The position numbers were made by a program, and so were the translations under genes. The notes under the pieces are model-generated. The model did no database searches. It was not told the DNA's origin and was given only the letters and a program-made list of their open reading frames with translations. A stretch of DNA of 63,897 nucleotides, counting the filler, from Sandaracinaceae bacterium (lineage in GTDB: Bacteria > Myxococcota_A > Polyangia > Polyangiales > JADJQN01), in assembly GCA_947483975.1 (NCBI GenBank). It is 6 parts of 6 records of this genome, joined end to end, with 100 filler letters (N's around TTAATTAATTAA, not from the genome) between each part and the next. Parts side by side here need not be neighbours in the genome. Positions count along the whole stretch, not along the records: positions 45,109 to 56,156 come from CANKOL010000154.1; positions 56,257 to 63,897 come from CANKOL010000259.1; 4 more parts are not named here. One strand, 5' to 3'. Positions 49,321 to 59,337 of the stretch are shown here, in pieces (position 1 is the stretch's first letter; every line of letters begins with the position of its first letter).

Positions 49321-51144
49321 TCAGCGCCCGGGCGGGCGCGTCCCCGGCGGCCAGATCGTGAAGATGGCGCGCACATCCATGCGGTCGGGGAGCGATAGGC
49401 TCGTGAAGCCGGAGACGCGCGCGCCGTCCGGACCGAGCGCGGCGCGTAGGTCGCCCTCGGCGCGCAGGAGCGCCGCCGGCGGACCGACGATCTGCACGGT
49501 GACGTAGCCGCTCTGACGCAGCTGAGCGAGCGGCAGCGAGCGCACGTCGATGTTCATGCGCACCGCGCCGCCGAAGAGCGCGAGCCCGAGCGTCACCTCG
49601 ACGGTGATCGGCTCGACGCGCACGTCGACGCGCACGTCCGGCGCGCGCACGTCGAGGCGTCCACCGTAGTCGACGGAGCCATTGCCGCTCGGCGGCGGTG
49701 GAGGCGGCGGGGGTGGAGGCGGAGGCGGAGGCGGGGGAGTCGGCACGCGCTCGGGCGTGTACTCGCCTCCACAGCGATAGGCGCTCTGCGGGCTGCCGCT
49801 GCGCGCGAGGCTGTCCTCTGCGAGGGCGCCGCGCTCACTGCCGTACTCGCCGCCGAGCACGAACATCAGCGCGTCGTAGCGCTCGTTCTGCGCGAGCACG
49901 CCAAAGCGATAGTGCACGCCGAGCTGCCCGCCGACGCCGCAGCCGGTGAGGTTGAGTCCGAGCCCGACGTCGACGATCGCGCCCGAGCGATAGTCCATCG
50001 GCTTCGTGCCGACGACGTGCGTCCAGCCCGCCATCGCCTCGAGATACATCGGCACGATGCCATTGGTCCGCAGGCGCACCCCGCCGAGCCCCGAGAAATG
50101 GAACGGAGCGCTCTCGTCCTCGTTGCCCGTCTGCGCGAGGTACGAGATATCCGCCTGCAAGCGCGGCTCGAGCCAGCGCGCGAGGGGCACTCCGAACGTG
50201 AAGCCGAACAGCCCCGTCGCGAGCCCGACGCCCGGCTCACCGTCGAGCGAAAACGCCAAGAGCGCCCAGCGAATCCCGAAGGTGTACGCGAGGCGCGAGA
50301 CCGCGGGCCGAGTGTCGATATCGAGCGCCTCGGGCACGCCCCACTCGGGGAGGAGGCGCACTCCGAACGTCACCGCGCGCAGGTCCGCCGCGGGCCCGAA
50401 GCCCTGCACATAGCTGACCTGCAGCCCGACCTGCGCGACCGCGTCGCCCGAGAAATACTCGCCGAACTGCCGCCCGAGCCCGACGCGCACGAACGCGCCG
50501 CTGCCCGAGACCGCGTCGCGTGAGTACGCATAGCCGCCGTCGATCTCGAGCGACCACGCCTCGCGCGCCGTCTCGTCGGTGAAGAGGCGCAAGCGCGGCC
50601 CCGCGCCGAACAGGTGCACGCCGAGGTTCTCCGTGTCGGCGTCGTCCGCGCTGCCAGCGTCGGGCCCGTCGTACGCGCCGTCGCCTCCGGTCAGGTACGC
50701 CCAGCGAAAGCCGAGCGAGAGCGCGCGCGTCAGCCCGACGTCGAGCCCCGCCGCGAACGCGAGCCCGTTGCCCAACACCGGCTCACGCGCCTCGACCCAA
50801 GCGGGCGCGAGCTCGACCGTGAACATCCCGTGAAACGGCCCCGAGTCGAAGTGCGGGCGGCACGTATAGAGCGTGCCCGGCGCGGGGCTCGGCGAGCCCG
50901 GCGGACACAGCGGCAAGCCGCGCACATCGTCGGGAGTCGGCGGCGGCGGACTCCACGCGACGAGCACCGGCGCGCTCGACACGACGGGCGCTGTCGACAC
51001 GACGGGCGAACCGCTCGGCTGCGCTGTCGTCCCATCGCTGCCGCCGGAGAGCGAGCGCGCGACCTGTGCGTGCGCGCTCGAGGAGGCGAGGACGAGCGCG
51101 GCGAAGGCCGCGAGCAAGGCGAGCGGCGAGCGGGCGCGGGGCAT
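49321..51144 (-). CDS. Secreted / outer-membrane protein with putative tandem beta-barrel domains, poly-Pro linker and C-terminal domain
   Basis: Signal AHA-Q; amphipathic strands (AAGLDVG, LSLGFRWAY, FVRVGLGRQF, IVDVGLGLNL); long Pro tract. Confidence 0.65.
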   Translation of the reverse strand: MPRARSPLALLAAFAALVLASSSAHAQVARSLSGGSDGTTAQPSGSPVVSTAPVVSSAPVLVAWSPPPPTPDDVRGLPLCPPGSPSPAPGTLYTCRPHFDSGPFHGMFTVELAPAWVEAREPVLGNGLAFAAGLDVGLTRALSLGFRWAYLTGGDGAYDGPDAGSADDADTENLGVHLFGAGPRLRLFTDETAREAWSLEIDGGYAYSRDAVSGSGAFVRVGLGRQFGEYFSGDAVAQVGLQVSYVQGFGPAADLRAVTFGVRLLPEWGVPEALDIDTRPAVSRLAYTFGIRWALLAFSLDGEPGVGLATGLFGFTFGVPLARWLEPRLQADISYLAQTGNEDESAPFHFSGLGGVRLRTNGIVPMYLEAMAGWTHVVGTKPMDYRSGAIVDVGLGLNLTGCGVGGQLGVHYRFGVLAQNERYDALMFVLGGEYGSERGALAEDSLARSGSPQSAYRCGGEYTPERVPTPPPPPPPPPPPPPPPPSGNGSVDYGGRLDVRAPDVRVDVRVEPITVEVTLGLALFGGAVRMNIDVRSLPLAQLRQSGYVTVQIVGPPAALLRAEGDLRAALGPDGARVSGFTSLSLPDRMDVRAIFTIWPPGTRPPGR

Positions 51145-51310
51145 GGCGCGGTCGTGGACGCCGACGAGGCGCGGCGCATTCAGCGGCAAGGAGGTCGTCA
51201 TCGAAGGCGGAGCTTACAGGACCGCCGCGCCGCCGGGAGTCAGCGCGTGCGGGCCGTACGCGGGCTGCGCGCGCTTGCTCGGCGCGCCCGACTACTGCAC
51301 GAACGGGGCG

Positions 51311-53659
51311 ATGTTCGCCGCCGACTCCTACGAGCACTCGGGTTTGTTCTATCTCGGTCGCCCGCTCGCCCCCGGGGGCGGCGCGCCGCTCTTGCAGCCG
51401 CTGCTCTACGACTCGCGCCATCTGCTGACGCACGGCGTGATCGTCGGCATGACCGGGAGCGGCAAGACGGGGCTCGGCGCGGTGCTCCTCGAGGAGGCGG
51501 CGATCGACGGCATCCCCGCGATCGCGATCGATCCGAAGGGCGATCTCGGCAACCTCCTGCTGACCTTCCCCGAGCTGCGCCCGGACCAATTCGCGCCGTG
51601 GGCGCCCCCCAACGAAGACCCCGCGACGCTCGCCGCGCGCGCCCGCGAGGGGCTCGCCGCGAGCGGCCAAGACCCGGCGCGCATCGGGCGCTTCGCGAGC
51701 GCCGTCGAGCGCACGATCTACACGCCGGGCGCATCAGCCGGCGCGCGGCTCTCGCTGCTCCGCTCGTTCGAGCCTCCGCCTGCGGGCGCCGACGCGGAGC
51801 TTGCGCGGGAGCGCGCCGTCGCGACCGTCTCTGCGCTCCTCGCGCTCGTCGGGCTCGACGCCGATCCGATGCGCAGCCCGGAGCACATCCTCGTCACGAC
51901 GGTCCTGCTCGGCGCTTGGAGCGAAGGGCAGGCGCTCGATCTCTCGACGCTGCTGCGGCGGATTCAGACGCCGCCGTTCGACCGCATCGGCGCGATGGAT
52001 CTCGAGAGCGTCGTGCCGGGCAAGCAGCGGCAGGCGCTCGCGCTCGCGATCAACAACGCCTTCGCGTCGCCCGCATTTGCAGGCTTTCTCGAGGGCGAGC
52101 CGCTCGACATCGGGCGGCTGCTGTGGACGCGCGAGGGCAAGCCGCGCCTGTCGATCTTGTCCATCGCGCACCTCGGCGAGGCGGAGCGGATGTTCTTCGT
52201 CACGCTGCTGCTCGGCGAGCTCGTCTCGTGGATGCGTGCGCAGCCGGGCACGAGCAGCCTGCGCGCGCTCCTCTACATGGACGAGGTCTTCGGCTTCTTC
52301 CCGCCCGTCGCCGCGCCGCCCTCGAAGCAGCCGATGCTCACCCTGCTGAAGCAGGCGCGCGCGTACGGGCTCGGCATCGTGCTCGCGACGCAGAACCCCG
52401 TGGACCTCGACTACAAGGGCCTGTCGAACACGGGCACGTGGATGCTCGGGCGCCTGCAGACGGAGCGCGACAAGGCGCGCGTGCTCGACGGACTCGAGGG
52501 CGTCAGCGCGGCGAGCGGCGCGGCGTTCGATCGCGCGCGGCTCGACGCGGCGCTCTCGGGCCTGCCGAAGCGCACCTTCCTCTTGCACGACGTCAACGAG
52601 AGCGCGCCGGTGCTCTTCGAGACGCGCTGGGCGCTCTCGTATCTGCGCGGTCCGATGACGCGCGCCGACATCGCGCGGCTGACCGTGCCTGTGCGGCCCT
52701 CGACGCCGAGCGCAGGCGCGCCGACGGGCTTCCCTGCGGCGCCCGTCTACGCAGCGGCGCCCGGCACGACGACGCCGAGCGCCCGCCCCCTGCTCGCGCC
52801 GGGCATCGAGGAGTGCTTCCTCGCGACGCCCGCGCCGCCCGGCACTCCGCACGTCCCGCACATCCTCTGTCGGCTGAGCGCGCACTACGTGCTCGCCGGC
52901 GCGAAGCTCGACACCTGGCTCACGCCGACGCTCGTCGCGCCGCTCGTCGACGACGCGCCCGCGTGGGCGCAAGCGTGGGTGTTCATGCAAGCGCCCGCCG
53001 TGACGAGCGCGCCTGTAGAGGGCGCGAGCTTCGCGGCGCTGCCCGCGCGCGCGTCGCGCCTCGAGAGCTACACCGCGTGGCGCAAGAGCGCCGCGGAGCA
53101 CGTCTATCGGGATCGCCCGCTGATCTTGCTGACGGCGCCCGCGCTCGGGCTCGCGTCGAGCTTCGGCGAGTCGCGCGAGGCGTTCGCGCTCCGCGCGTCC
53201 CAAGCCGCACGCGAGGCGCGCGACGCCGCGACGAACGCGCTCCGCGAGAAGTACCGCGCCCGCGCGGAGGGCGCGCAGCGCAAGGTCGCCGCCGCGGAGG
53301 ACAAGCTCTCGAGGGCGCGCGCGCAGCACTCGGACAGCCAGGTGAACCAGACCCTCGAGCTCGGCTCGAGCGTGCTCGGCGCGCTCTTCGGGCGGCGCTC
53401 TGCCGTGCGCGGGGCGGTCGCCGCCGCGAAGCGCGCCCAGCGCACCTCGCGCAAGGGCGACGACGTCGAGCGCACGCAGGCGCTCCTCGAGACCGCGCGC
53501 GGGGCCCTCGCCGCGCTCGAGCGAGAGGTGCAGCTTCGCCTCCAGGAGCTCGCCGCGGAGTACGACCCGGCGCGCCTGGTGATCGAGGAAAAGCAGGTCA
53601 CCGCGAAGAAAGCGGACCTGCGCGTCGAGCGCCTCGCGCTGGCGTGGGCGCCGCGCTGA
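51311..53659 (+). CDS. HerA-like P-loop ATPase (DUF87/DUF853 type) with a coiled-coil C-terminus
   Basis: THGVIVGMTGSGKT, IDPKGD, LLYMDE, KQARAYG, ATQNPVDLDYK. Confidence 0.88.
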   Translation: MFAADSYEHSGLFYLGRPLAPGGGAPLLQPLLYDSRHLLTHGVIVGMTGSGKTGLGAVLLEEAAIDGIPAIAIDPKGDLGNLLLTFPELRPDQFAPWAPPNEDPATLAARAREGLAASGQDPARIGRFASAVERTIYTPGASAGARLSLLRSFEPPPAGADAELARERAVATVSALLALVGLDADPMRSPEHILVTTVLLGAWSEGQALDLSTLLRRIQTPPFDRIGAMDLESVVPGKQRQALALAINNAFASPAFAGFLEGEPLDIGRLLWTREGKPRLSILSIAHLGEAERMFFVTLLLGELVSWMRAQPGTSSLRALLYMDEVFGFFPPVAAPPSKQPMLTLLKQARAYGLGIVLATQNPVDLDYKGLSNTGTWMLGRLQTERDKARVLDGLEGVSAASGAAFDRARLDAALSGLPKRTFLLHDVNESAPVLFETRWALSYLRGPMTRADIARLTVPVRPSTPSAGAPTGFPAAPVYAAAPGTTTPSARPLLAPGIEECFLATPAPPGTPHVPHILCRLSAHYVLAGAKLDTWLTPTLVAPLVDDAPAWAQAWVFMQAPAVTSAPVEGASFAALPARASRLESYTAWRKSAAEHVYRDRPLILLTAPALGLASSFGESREAFALRASQAAREARDAATNALREKYRARAEGAQRKVAAAEDKLSRARAQHSDSQVNQTLELGSSVLGALFGRRSAVRGAVAAAKRAQRTSRKGDDVERTQALLETARGALAALEREVQLRLQELAAEYDPARLVIEEKQVTAKKADLRVERLALAWAPR

Positions 53660-53700
53660 GCGTCGAGCCGCACGCGCTCTTTTGGGCGCCGCGCTGAGCG
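53645..53700. repeat. 18-bp direct repeat duplicating the end of the ATPase gene
   Basis: TGGGCGCCGCGCTGAGCG at 53645 and 53683. Confidence 0.8.
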
Positions 53701-53836
53701 CGCTGGCTCGGCGGCGTTCCATCGCACGCGGCCTTACACGCGCTCACCTCCGGCGCGCGAGCGCGCGCAGAAACACGCGCCGCTTTGTGGACCGAGCGGG
53801 TCGGCGCCGTTAGTTTCGCGCGCCGAGGACACCGCC

Positions 53837-54541
53837 ATGCATCTCGTCGCGCATCCGTCGAAAGCCGCCGCCAACGCCCCGTCGCCGCACGAGCACTTCT
53901 CGGGCGTGCCGCTCTCGGTCGTCTTCGCGAGCGGCGAGGCGATCAGCGCGGTGCTGCGCGGGCACGCCGAGACGCTCCCGCTCTCGCCGCCCTATCACGT
54001 CAGCGACGAGGACGCGTACCTGGTGCTCCCCGAGGACATCGGCAGCGAGATCGTGGACATCCTCCGCGACGGCGACGCGGACCTGCTCGCGGAGGCGCTG
54101 CGCGACGGCTTGCTCGTCATCGGGACGATCGAGCGTGAGAGCCGCGCCGTGCTGCTCGTCGTCGAGTCGTTCGTCGTGCCCGCGAAGGCGCTCGCCGACG
54201 GCCTCCCCTACGCGGAGACCGTCGCGCTCGCGAACCTCGAGAGCGGACTCGCGGCGCTGAACGCGCTCGACCATGTGCAGATCACGGTGTGCAGCGCGCT
54301 CGTCGACGAGGAGGGCCTCACCGAGGTGCTCTCGAACGCCGACTACGTCGGGCCGTCGTGGCAGGCGCCGGAGCGGCTCGCGCCAGGCGCGCGCGGGGCG
54401 AGCAACGCGGCGGTCGAGCCGACCTTCGTCTGGTCGCGACGGCAGCGCGATGGGCGCGTCGGCATCGAGCTGGCGCTGTTCTCCGAGTACGAAGAGCTCG
54501 TCGTGCTGCTGCGCCCAGCGCTGCTCGCGCCGGCAGGCTGA
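53837..54541 (+). CDS. Hypothetical protein
   Basis: GAGG RBS, ATG start, typical codon bias; no motif recognised. Confidence 0.65.
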   Translation: MHLVAHPSKAAANAPSPHEHFSGVPLSVVFASGEAISAVLRGHAETLPLSPPYHVSDEDAYLVLPEDIGSEIVDILRDGDADLLAEALRDGLLVIGTIERESRAVLLVVESFVVPAKALADGLPYAETVALANLESGLAALNALDHVQITVCSALVDEEGLTEVLSNADYVGPSWQAPERLAPGARGASNAAVEPTFVWSRRQRDGRVGIELALFSEYEELVVLLRPALLAPAG

Positions 54542-54614
54542 GCCAGCTCAGCGGGGGTCGAGCGCGTGGGGCGTTTGCGCGAGTCCCGCCGCCCGGACCA
54601 TGGTGCGGCATTGC

Positions 54615-55736
54615 ATGACAACGCCGAAGCCCCCACGCGAACGCGGGAAGAAGCCAGCCTCGAGCGGTGAGCGCGGGGCTGTGCTCGAGACCGACGCCGA
54701 GGTCGTGTCTGAGCGGCGCGGCGCGAGCGACGGCCAAGGCAGCGACGGCCATGATGGCGACTCACGCGAGGACGCGTTCTCGGACGAGGCGCTCGCCGCG
54801 GACGACGCCTCGGTCGTGTACGAGGACATCTCCGCGCACGACGTGAAGCTGCCCGTGAAGCGCGCGAAGGGCGGCGGCGACACGCTCTCGCGCCAAGACC
54901 CGCTCGCCGCTTATATGCGCGACGTGCAGCGCTATCCGCTGCTCAAGCCCGACGAGGAGCACGCGCTCGCCGTGAAGTACGCGCAGACCGGCGACGTGAA
55001 GGCCGCGGCGCAGCTGGTCACCGCGAACCTGCGCCTCGTCGTGAAGATCGCGTACGACTACCGGCGCGCGTACAAGAACCTCCTCGACCTCGTGCAGGAG
55101 GGGAACATCGGCCTGATGCAGGCCGTGAAGAAGTACGACCCGTACAAGGGCGTGAAGCTCTCGTCGTACGCGGCGTGGTGGATCCGCGCGTACATCCTGC
55201 GGTTCATCCTCAACAACTGGCGCCTCGTGAAGATCGGCACGACGCAGGCGCAGCGTAAGCTCTTCTTCAACCTCGCGAAGGAGAAGGCGCGCCTCTCCGC
55301 GCTCGGCATCGAGCCGACGCCCGAGGCGATCGCCAAGCGCCTCGACGTCACGACGGACGAGGTCGAGATGATGGACCGTCGCCTCGGCGGCAACGACGTC
55401 TCGCTCGACACGCCGACGGGCTTCGACGGGGACCGTGGACCGGCGCGCGTCGAGCTCTTGCCCTCGAACCTCGGACGCTCCGACGACTTCCTCGCGGAGG
55501 CGCAGGTGCGCGGGATGCTGCACGAGAAGATCGCGGAGTTCGGGGAGAAGCTCTCAGGCAAGGAAGCGATCATCTTCCGCGACCGCGTGCTCTCCGAGGA
55601 CCCGCAGACCCTGCAACAGCTCGGCGACAGCTTCGGCGTGAGCCGTGAGCGGGTGCGTCAGCTCGAGCAGCGGCTGCAGCAGAAGCTCGAGCGCTACCTG
55701 CGCGAGCAGCTCGGCAACGAAGTGCTCGAAGCGTGA
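54615..55736 (+). CDS. RpoH/sigma32-family sigma factor with an acidic N-terminal extension
   Basis: NLRLVVKIA, DLVQEGNIGLMQAVKKYDP, YAAWWIRA, RpoH box QRKLFFNL, GVSRERVRQLE. Confidence 0.93.
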   Translation: MTTPKPPRERGKKPASSGERGAVLETDAEVVSERRGASDGQGSDGHDGDSREDAFSDEALAADDASVVYEDISAHDVKLPVKRAKGGGDTLSRQDPLAAYMRDVQRYPLLKPDEEHALAVKYAQTGDVKAAAQLVTANLRLVVKIAYDYRRAYKNLLDLVQEGNIGLMQAVKKYDPYKGVKLSSYAAWWIRAYILRFILNNWRLVKIGTTQAQRKLFFNLAKEKARLSALGIEPTPEAIAKRLDVTTDEVEMMDRRLGGNDVSLDTPTGFDGDRGPARVELLPSNLGRSDDFLAEAQVRGMLHEKIAEFGEKLSGKEAIIFRDRVLSEDPQTLQQLGDSFGVSRERVRQLEQRLQQKLERYLREQLGNEVLEA

Positions 55737-56156
55737 GCGAGCCTCACGACGAGCCCGACGCTGCGCCCGCAGAGGCAGCATCCGCAGAGGCAGCGCCCGC
55801 GGACGCAGCGCCGAAGATCGAGCGCGCGCGCGGCGTGCTCTACATCGTCGCGACGCCCATCGGGAACCTCGAGGACCTGACGCTGCGCGCGCTGCGCGTG
55901 CTGCGCGAGGTCGACGCCATCCTCGCCGAGGACACGCGGCACACGCGCAAGCTCTGCGAGCGGCACGCCATCGGCACGCAGCTGCGCGCCTTTCACGCGC
56001 ACTCGCCCGCGCACCTCGTCACGCGCGTCGTCGACGAGCTGCTCGCGGGCGCGCGCCTCGCGCTCGTCTCGGACGCGGGCACGCCGCTCGTCAGCGATCC
56101 CGGCGCGTCCCTCGTCGCCGCGGCGGCGAACGCGGGCGTGCGCGTCGAGGCGCTCC
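55733..56156 (+). CDS. rsmI: 16S rRNA C1402 2'-O-methyltransferase, 3' truncated
   Basis: LYIVATPIGNLEDLTLRA, AEDTR, ALVSDAGTPLVSDPG. Confidence 0.95.
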
Positions 56157-56256
56157 NNNNNNNNNNNNNNNNNNNNNNNNNNNNNNNNNNNNNNNNNNNN
56201 TTAATTAATTAANNNNNNNNNNNNNNNNNNNNNNNNNNNNNNNNNNNNNNNNNNNN
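56157..56256. other. Artificial contig spacer
   Basis: N run with TTAATTAATTAA. Confidence 0.99.
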
Positions 56257-56784
56257 GAGCCTGAGCCGACTCAGCCGGTCGACGGCGCTCGTCGCAGGGT
56301 GCCGAGGGTCCCAGCGGAGGCTCGCGCGCGGACGCGGCCCCTGCGCGACCGTGACGCGCCGACGCGGCGACTTGGCCAGCGCGTCGAGGACGACGAGCCC
56401 GTGCTTGCAGAGCCCGAGGGAGCTCCGCACGAAGTCCGCGCACGCGCAGCTCGTGCGGATCGGGTCGAGCGACTGAACCTCGACCGCGTAGCTCGCCCCC
56501 GCCGTGCGCGTCACCCGATACGTCCCGAGCGTCGTCTTCGAGCGCGCCGCGATCCGCAGCGCGTCGCGCTCGCCAAAGGCCCACCGCCGCGCGAGCGCCT
56601 CCAGGGCCGCCAGCCGCACGGGCCAGTCGCGCTCGGGCGTGACCGTGAGGATGTGGGCCGCGATGCGCTCGGCGGAGACTCGCCCGAAGCGTCGATGCGC
56701 GTACTCGACGAGCGCCGCGCGCGCCTCGTCGTCAGTGACCAAGATGGGCGCAGGGAGCGAAGCGGGCGGGTCGCAGTCGGTCAT
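56257..56784 (-). CDS. SWIM zinc-finger protein, 3' truncated (often the N-terminus of SNF2 helicases)
   Basis: Y.V..SCACADF..LGLCKH. Confidence 0.7.
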
Positions 56785-56832
56785 CGAGGCCGGGAGCGTA
56801 GTCGATCTCTCACCGCCCCCGCGACGCGCTCG

Positions 56833-58425
56833 CTACTCCGGGATGGTCTCGCCGCGCTCGACCCGCTCGTTGCGCCAGTTCTCGATAGCCTCGTTGAACT
56901 CGTGCGCGACGTCGGGATCGAACTGCGAGCCGGCGCAGCGCGCGACCTCGTTCGACGCGACCTCGTGCGGCAGCGCGCGCCGATAGGCGCGGTCGCTCGT
57001 CATCGCGTCGTAGGTGTCCGCGACCGAGATGATGCGCGCGAGGAGCGGGATCTCCTGCGCCTTCATGCCGAGCGGATAACCACGCCCATCCCAGCGCTCG
57101 TGGTGCAGGTGCACGCCCGGGACGAGCGGCTGCAGGAACGTGATCGGCTCGAGGATGTCCTTGCCGAAGCCCGGGTGCTTCTTGAAGATCTCGTAGTCTT
57201 CCTGCGAGAGCTTGCCGGGCTTGTTGAGGTTCAGCACGCAGCCGATCTTGCCGACGTCGTGCATCAGCGCCGCTTGGCGGACGATCTCGACCTTCGCCTC
57301 GTCGAGCCCGAGCTTGATCGCGAGGATCTGCGCGTACGCCGCGACGCGCTCGCTGTGCCCGGAGGTGTACCTGTCCATCTTGTCGATGGCGCTCGCGAGC
57401 CCGCGGATCGTCTGCCGAAACGTGAGCTGCAGGTCCTCGTAGAGCTTGGCGTTCTCGATCGCCGCCGCGGCGCGGTCGCTGACGATGCTGAGCAGCTTGC
57501 GCTGCCCCTCGTCGAACTTCTTCCCGCGCGTGAAGCTGAGGCTCGCCAGAAAGCCGATGGTCTTGCCGCGCGCGCGGAGGTTCGTGACGATCAGCGACGA
57601 GAGGCGCGCGCCCTCGGGCTCGCGCGAGAAGTAGTGCAGCCCCTTCGTGCCGTGCACGCGGAGCAGCTTCTCCTCGGCGAAGTACTCGTGCAGCGACGCG
57701 ACGTCGAGCGCGCCGAGCTTCTCCGGGTCGAGCGGCTCGCCGCTCAGGCGGTCCGCCACCTGCTCCGCCCACGTCGGCGACAGCACGCGCGTGCGCTCGA
57801 AGAAGCCGCCCGAGCCGTCGTCGAGCAGGATGAACACCGCGTCCGCGTCGACCTCGTGGATCGACGCGTCGATCACGGTGCGCAGCACCTCGTCGAGCGA
57901 CAGCGACGCGCTGATGGCCTCGCTCACCTTGTAGAGCGAGAGCGCCTCACGCAGGCGCAGGTTCTCGCCGTGCAGCTTCTGCTTCTCGAGCCCGCGGCGG
58001 ATCGTCTGCACGACCTCCTCGACCTTGAACGGCTTGAGGATGTAGTCGTATGCGCCGCGCTTGAGCGCATCGATCGCGGTCTCGACGGTGCCGAAGCCCG
58101 TCATGATCACGGTGACGACGTTCGGCGTGTGCCGCCCGATCGCCGCGAGCAGCTCGAGCCCGCCCATGTTGGGCATCTTCAGGTCGGTGAGCACGAGGTC
58201 GTAGTGCGTGCGCGAGAGCTCCACGAGCGCCGCGCTGCCGTCCTCCGCCGTGCGGACCCAGAAGCCCTCCATCGACAGGAAATCCGCGAGGATCTCCCGG
58301 ATCACCTTCTCGTCGTCGACGACGAGGATACGGGGAGAGTCCTCGTGGAGGTGGTACTCCGTCGCGGAACCTCCACCGGCGTCTCCCGGCCCGTCCGCGG
58401 CCCCCGACGATGATCCTGCCTGCAT
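56833..58425 (-). CDS. REC-GAF-HD-GYP cyclic-dinucleotide phosphodiesterase
   Basis: ILVVDDE..DLKMP..KPF; GAF segment AAIENAKLYE; YTSGHSERV, HDVGK, HHERWDGRGYP, ADTYDAMTSDRAYR; start may be as far up as 58476. Confidence 0.92.
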   Translation of the reverse strand: MQAGSSSGAADGPGDAGGGSATEYHLHEDSPRILVVDDEKVIREILADFLSMEGFWVRTAEDGSAALVELSRTHYDLVLTDLKMPNMGGLELLAAIGRHTPNVVTVIMTGFGTVETAIDALKRGAYDYILKPFKVEEVVQTIRRGLEKQKLHGENLRLREALSLYKVSEAISASLSLDEVLRTVIDASIHEVDADAVFILLDDGSGGFFERTRVLSPTWAEQVADRLSGEPLDPEKLGALDVASLHEYFAEEKLLRVHGTKGLHYFSREPEGARLSSLIVTNLRARGKTIGFLASLSFTRGKKFDEGQRKLLSIVSDRAAAAIENAKLYEDLQLTFRQTIRGLASAIDKMDRYTSGHSERVAAYAQILAIKLGLDEAKVEIVRQAALMHDVGKIGCVLNLNKPGKLSQEDYEIFKKHPGFGKDILEPITFLQPLVPGVHLHHERWDGRGYPLGMKAQEIPLLARIISVADTYDAMTSDRAYRRALPHEVASNEVARCAGSQFDPDVAHEFNEAIENWRNERVERGETIPE

Positions 58426-58676
58426 GATGGTGACCAGTGGAAGAGAGACGTAAACCGTCGCGGGAGGGTATGTCAATCGGCGTGCGTGTGCGCGGGGCGA
58501 CGACGAGCGCGATTTTCCTGGAGGGCGAGGCGAACGCGGCGTGCCGGGAGGCGGCGCGGTGGTCCCACACCGGACCGACGGGAGCGCGTCGAGGTCTGCC
58601 GCCGTCCCGGTCGCGGTCCCTCCCCCGCGTTGCTGCGCCGTCGTCGCTCTGATAGACGCCGGACGAAGGTCGTGCC

Positions 58677-59327
58677 TTGAGCCGTCGTCGCCTGCTCGTC
58701 TCCTGCGCCATCTACGGCCTGCTCAGCGCAGCGGCCGTGGTCTGGAGCGGTGTGCGCGGGGACTGGTCCCCGTGGGACGCCGACGCGGCGTGGCTCCCCC
58801 TCGGGCTCGGCGCGCGCGTAGGCGTGTCGCTCGCGGCGGGGGCGCTCGTCGCTGGGCTGACCGTGCTCGCGACCCGCGTCCTCGTCCGACGGGCGGCGTG
58901 GGCGCGGCGGCTCCACACGGACTTCCGCGCGCTGCTCGGGCCGCTGACGGGCGCCGAGATCGCGGCCTATGCGCTGCTCTCGGGCATCGCGGAGGAGCTC
59001 TTCTTTCGCGGCGCGATGCAGCCAGCGTTCGGGCTCGCGCTCACGGCGCTGCTCTTCGGCGCGGTGCACTTCGGCCCGAGCGGTCGGTTCTGGGTGTGGA
59101 CCGCCTGGGCGGGCGTGATGGGCCTCGTGTTCGGAGCGCTCGTGGCGCTGACCGGCAACCTCTACGGCGCGATGCTCGCGCACTTCCTGATCAACTACGA
59201 GAACCTGCACTTCATCGACGCCTACGATCCCGGCGCGAGCGCGCTCGACGAGGAGCTGCGCGGACGCGCGGCCGATGCGTCGGCGCCGCCCAAGCTGAGC
59301 GGCACCCGCGTGCGCACCGGGCGCTGA
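58677..59327 (+). CDS. CPBP/Abi (CAAX protease-like) intramembrane glutamic protease
   Basis: AEELFFRG, LFGAVH, AHFLIN. Confidence 0.88.
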   Translation: MSRRRLLVSCAIYGLLSAAAVVWSGVRGDWSPWDADAAWLPLGLGARVGVSLAAGALVAGLTVLATRVLVRRAAWARRLHTDFRALLGPLTGAEIAAYALLSGIAEELFFRGAMQPAFGLALTALLFGAVHFGPSGRFWVWTAWAGVMGLVFGALVALTGNLYGAMLAHFLINYENLHFIDAYDPGASALDEELRGRAADASAPPKLSGTRVRTGR

Positions 59328-59337
59328 CCGCGAACGG

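Noticed and set aside
51311..53659. HerA-type anti-phage system (Sir2-HerA, NurA-HerA)
   Set aside because: No partner effector gene is adjacent on the contig.
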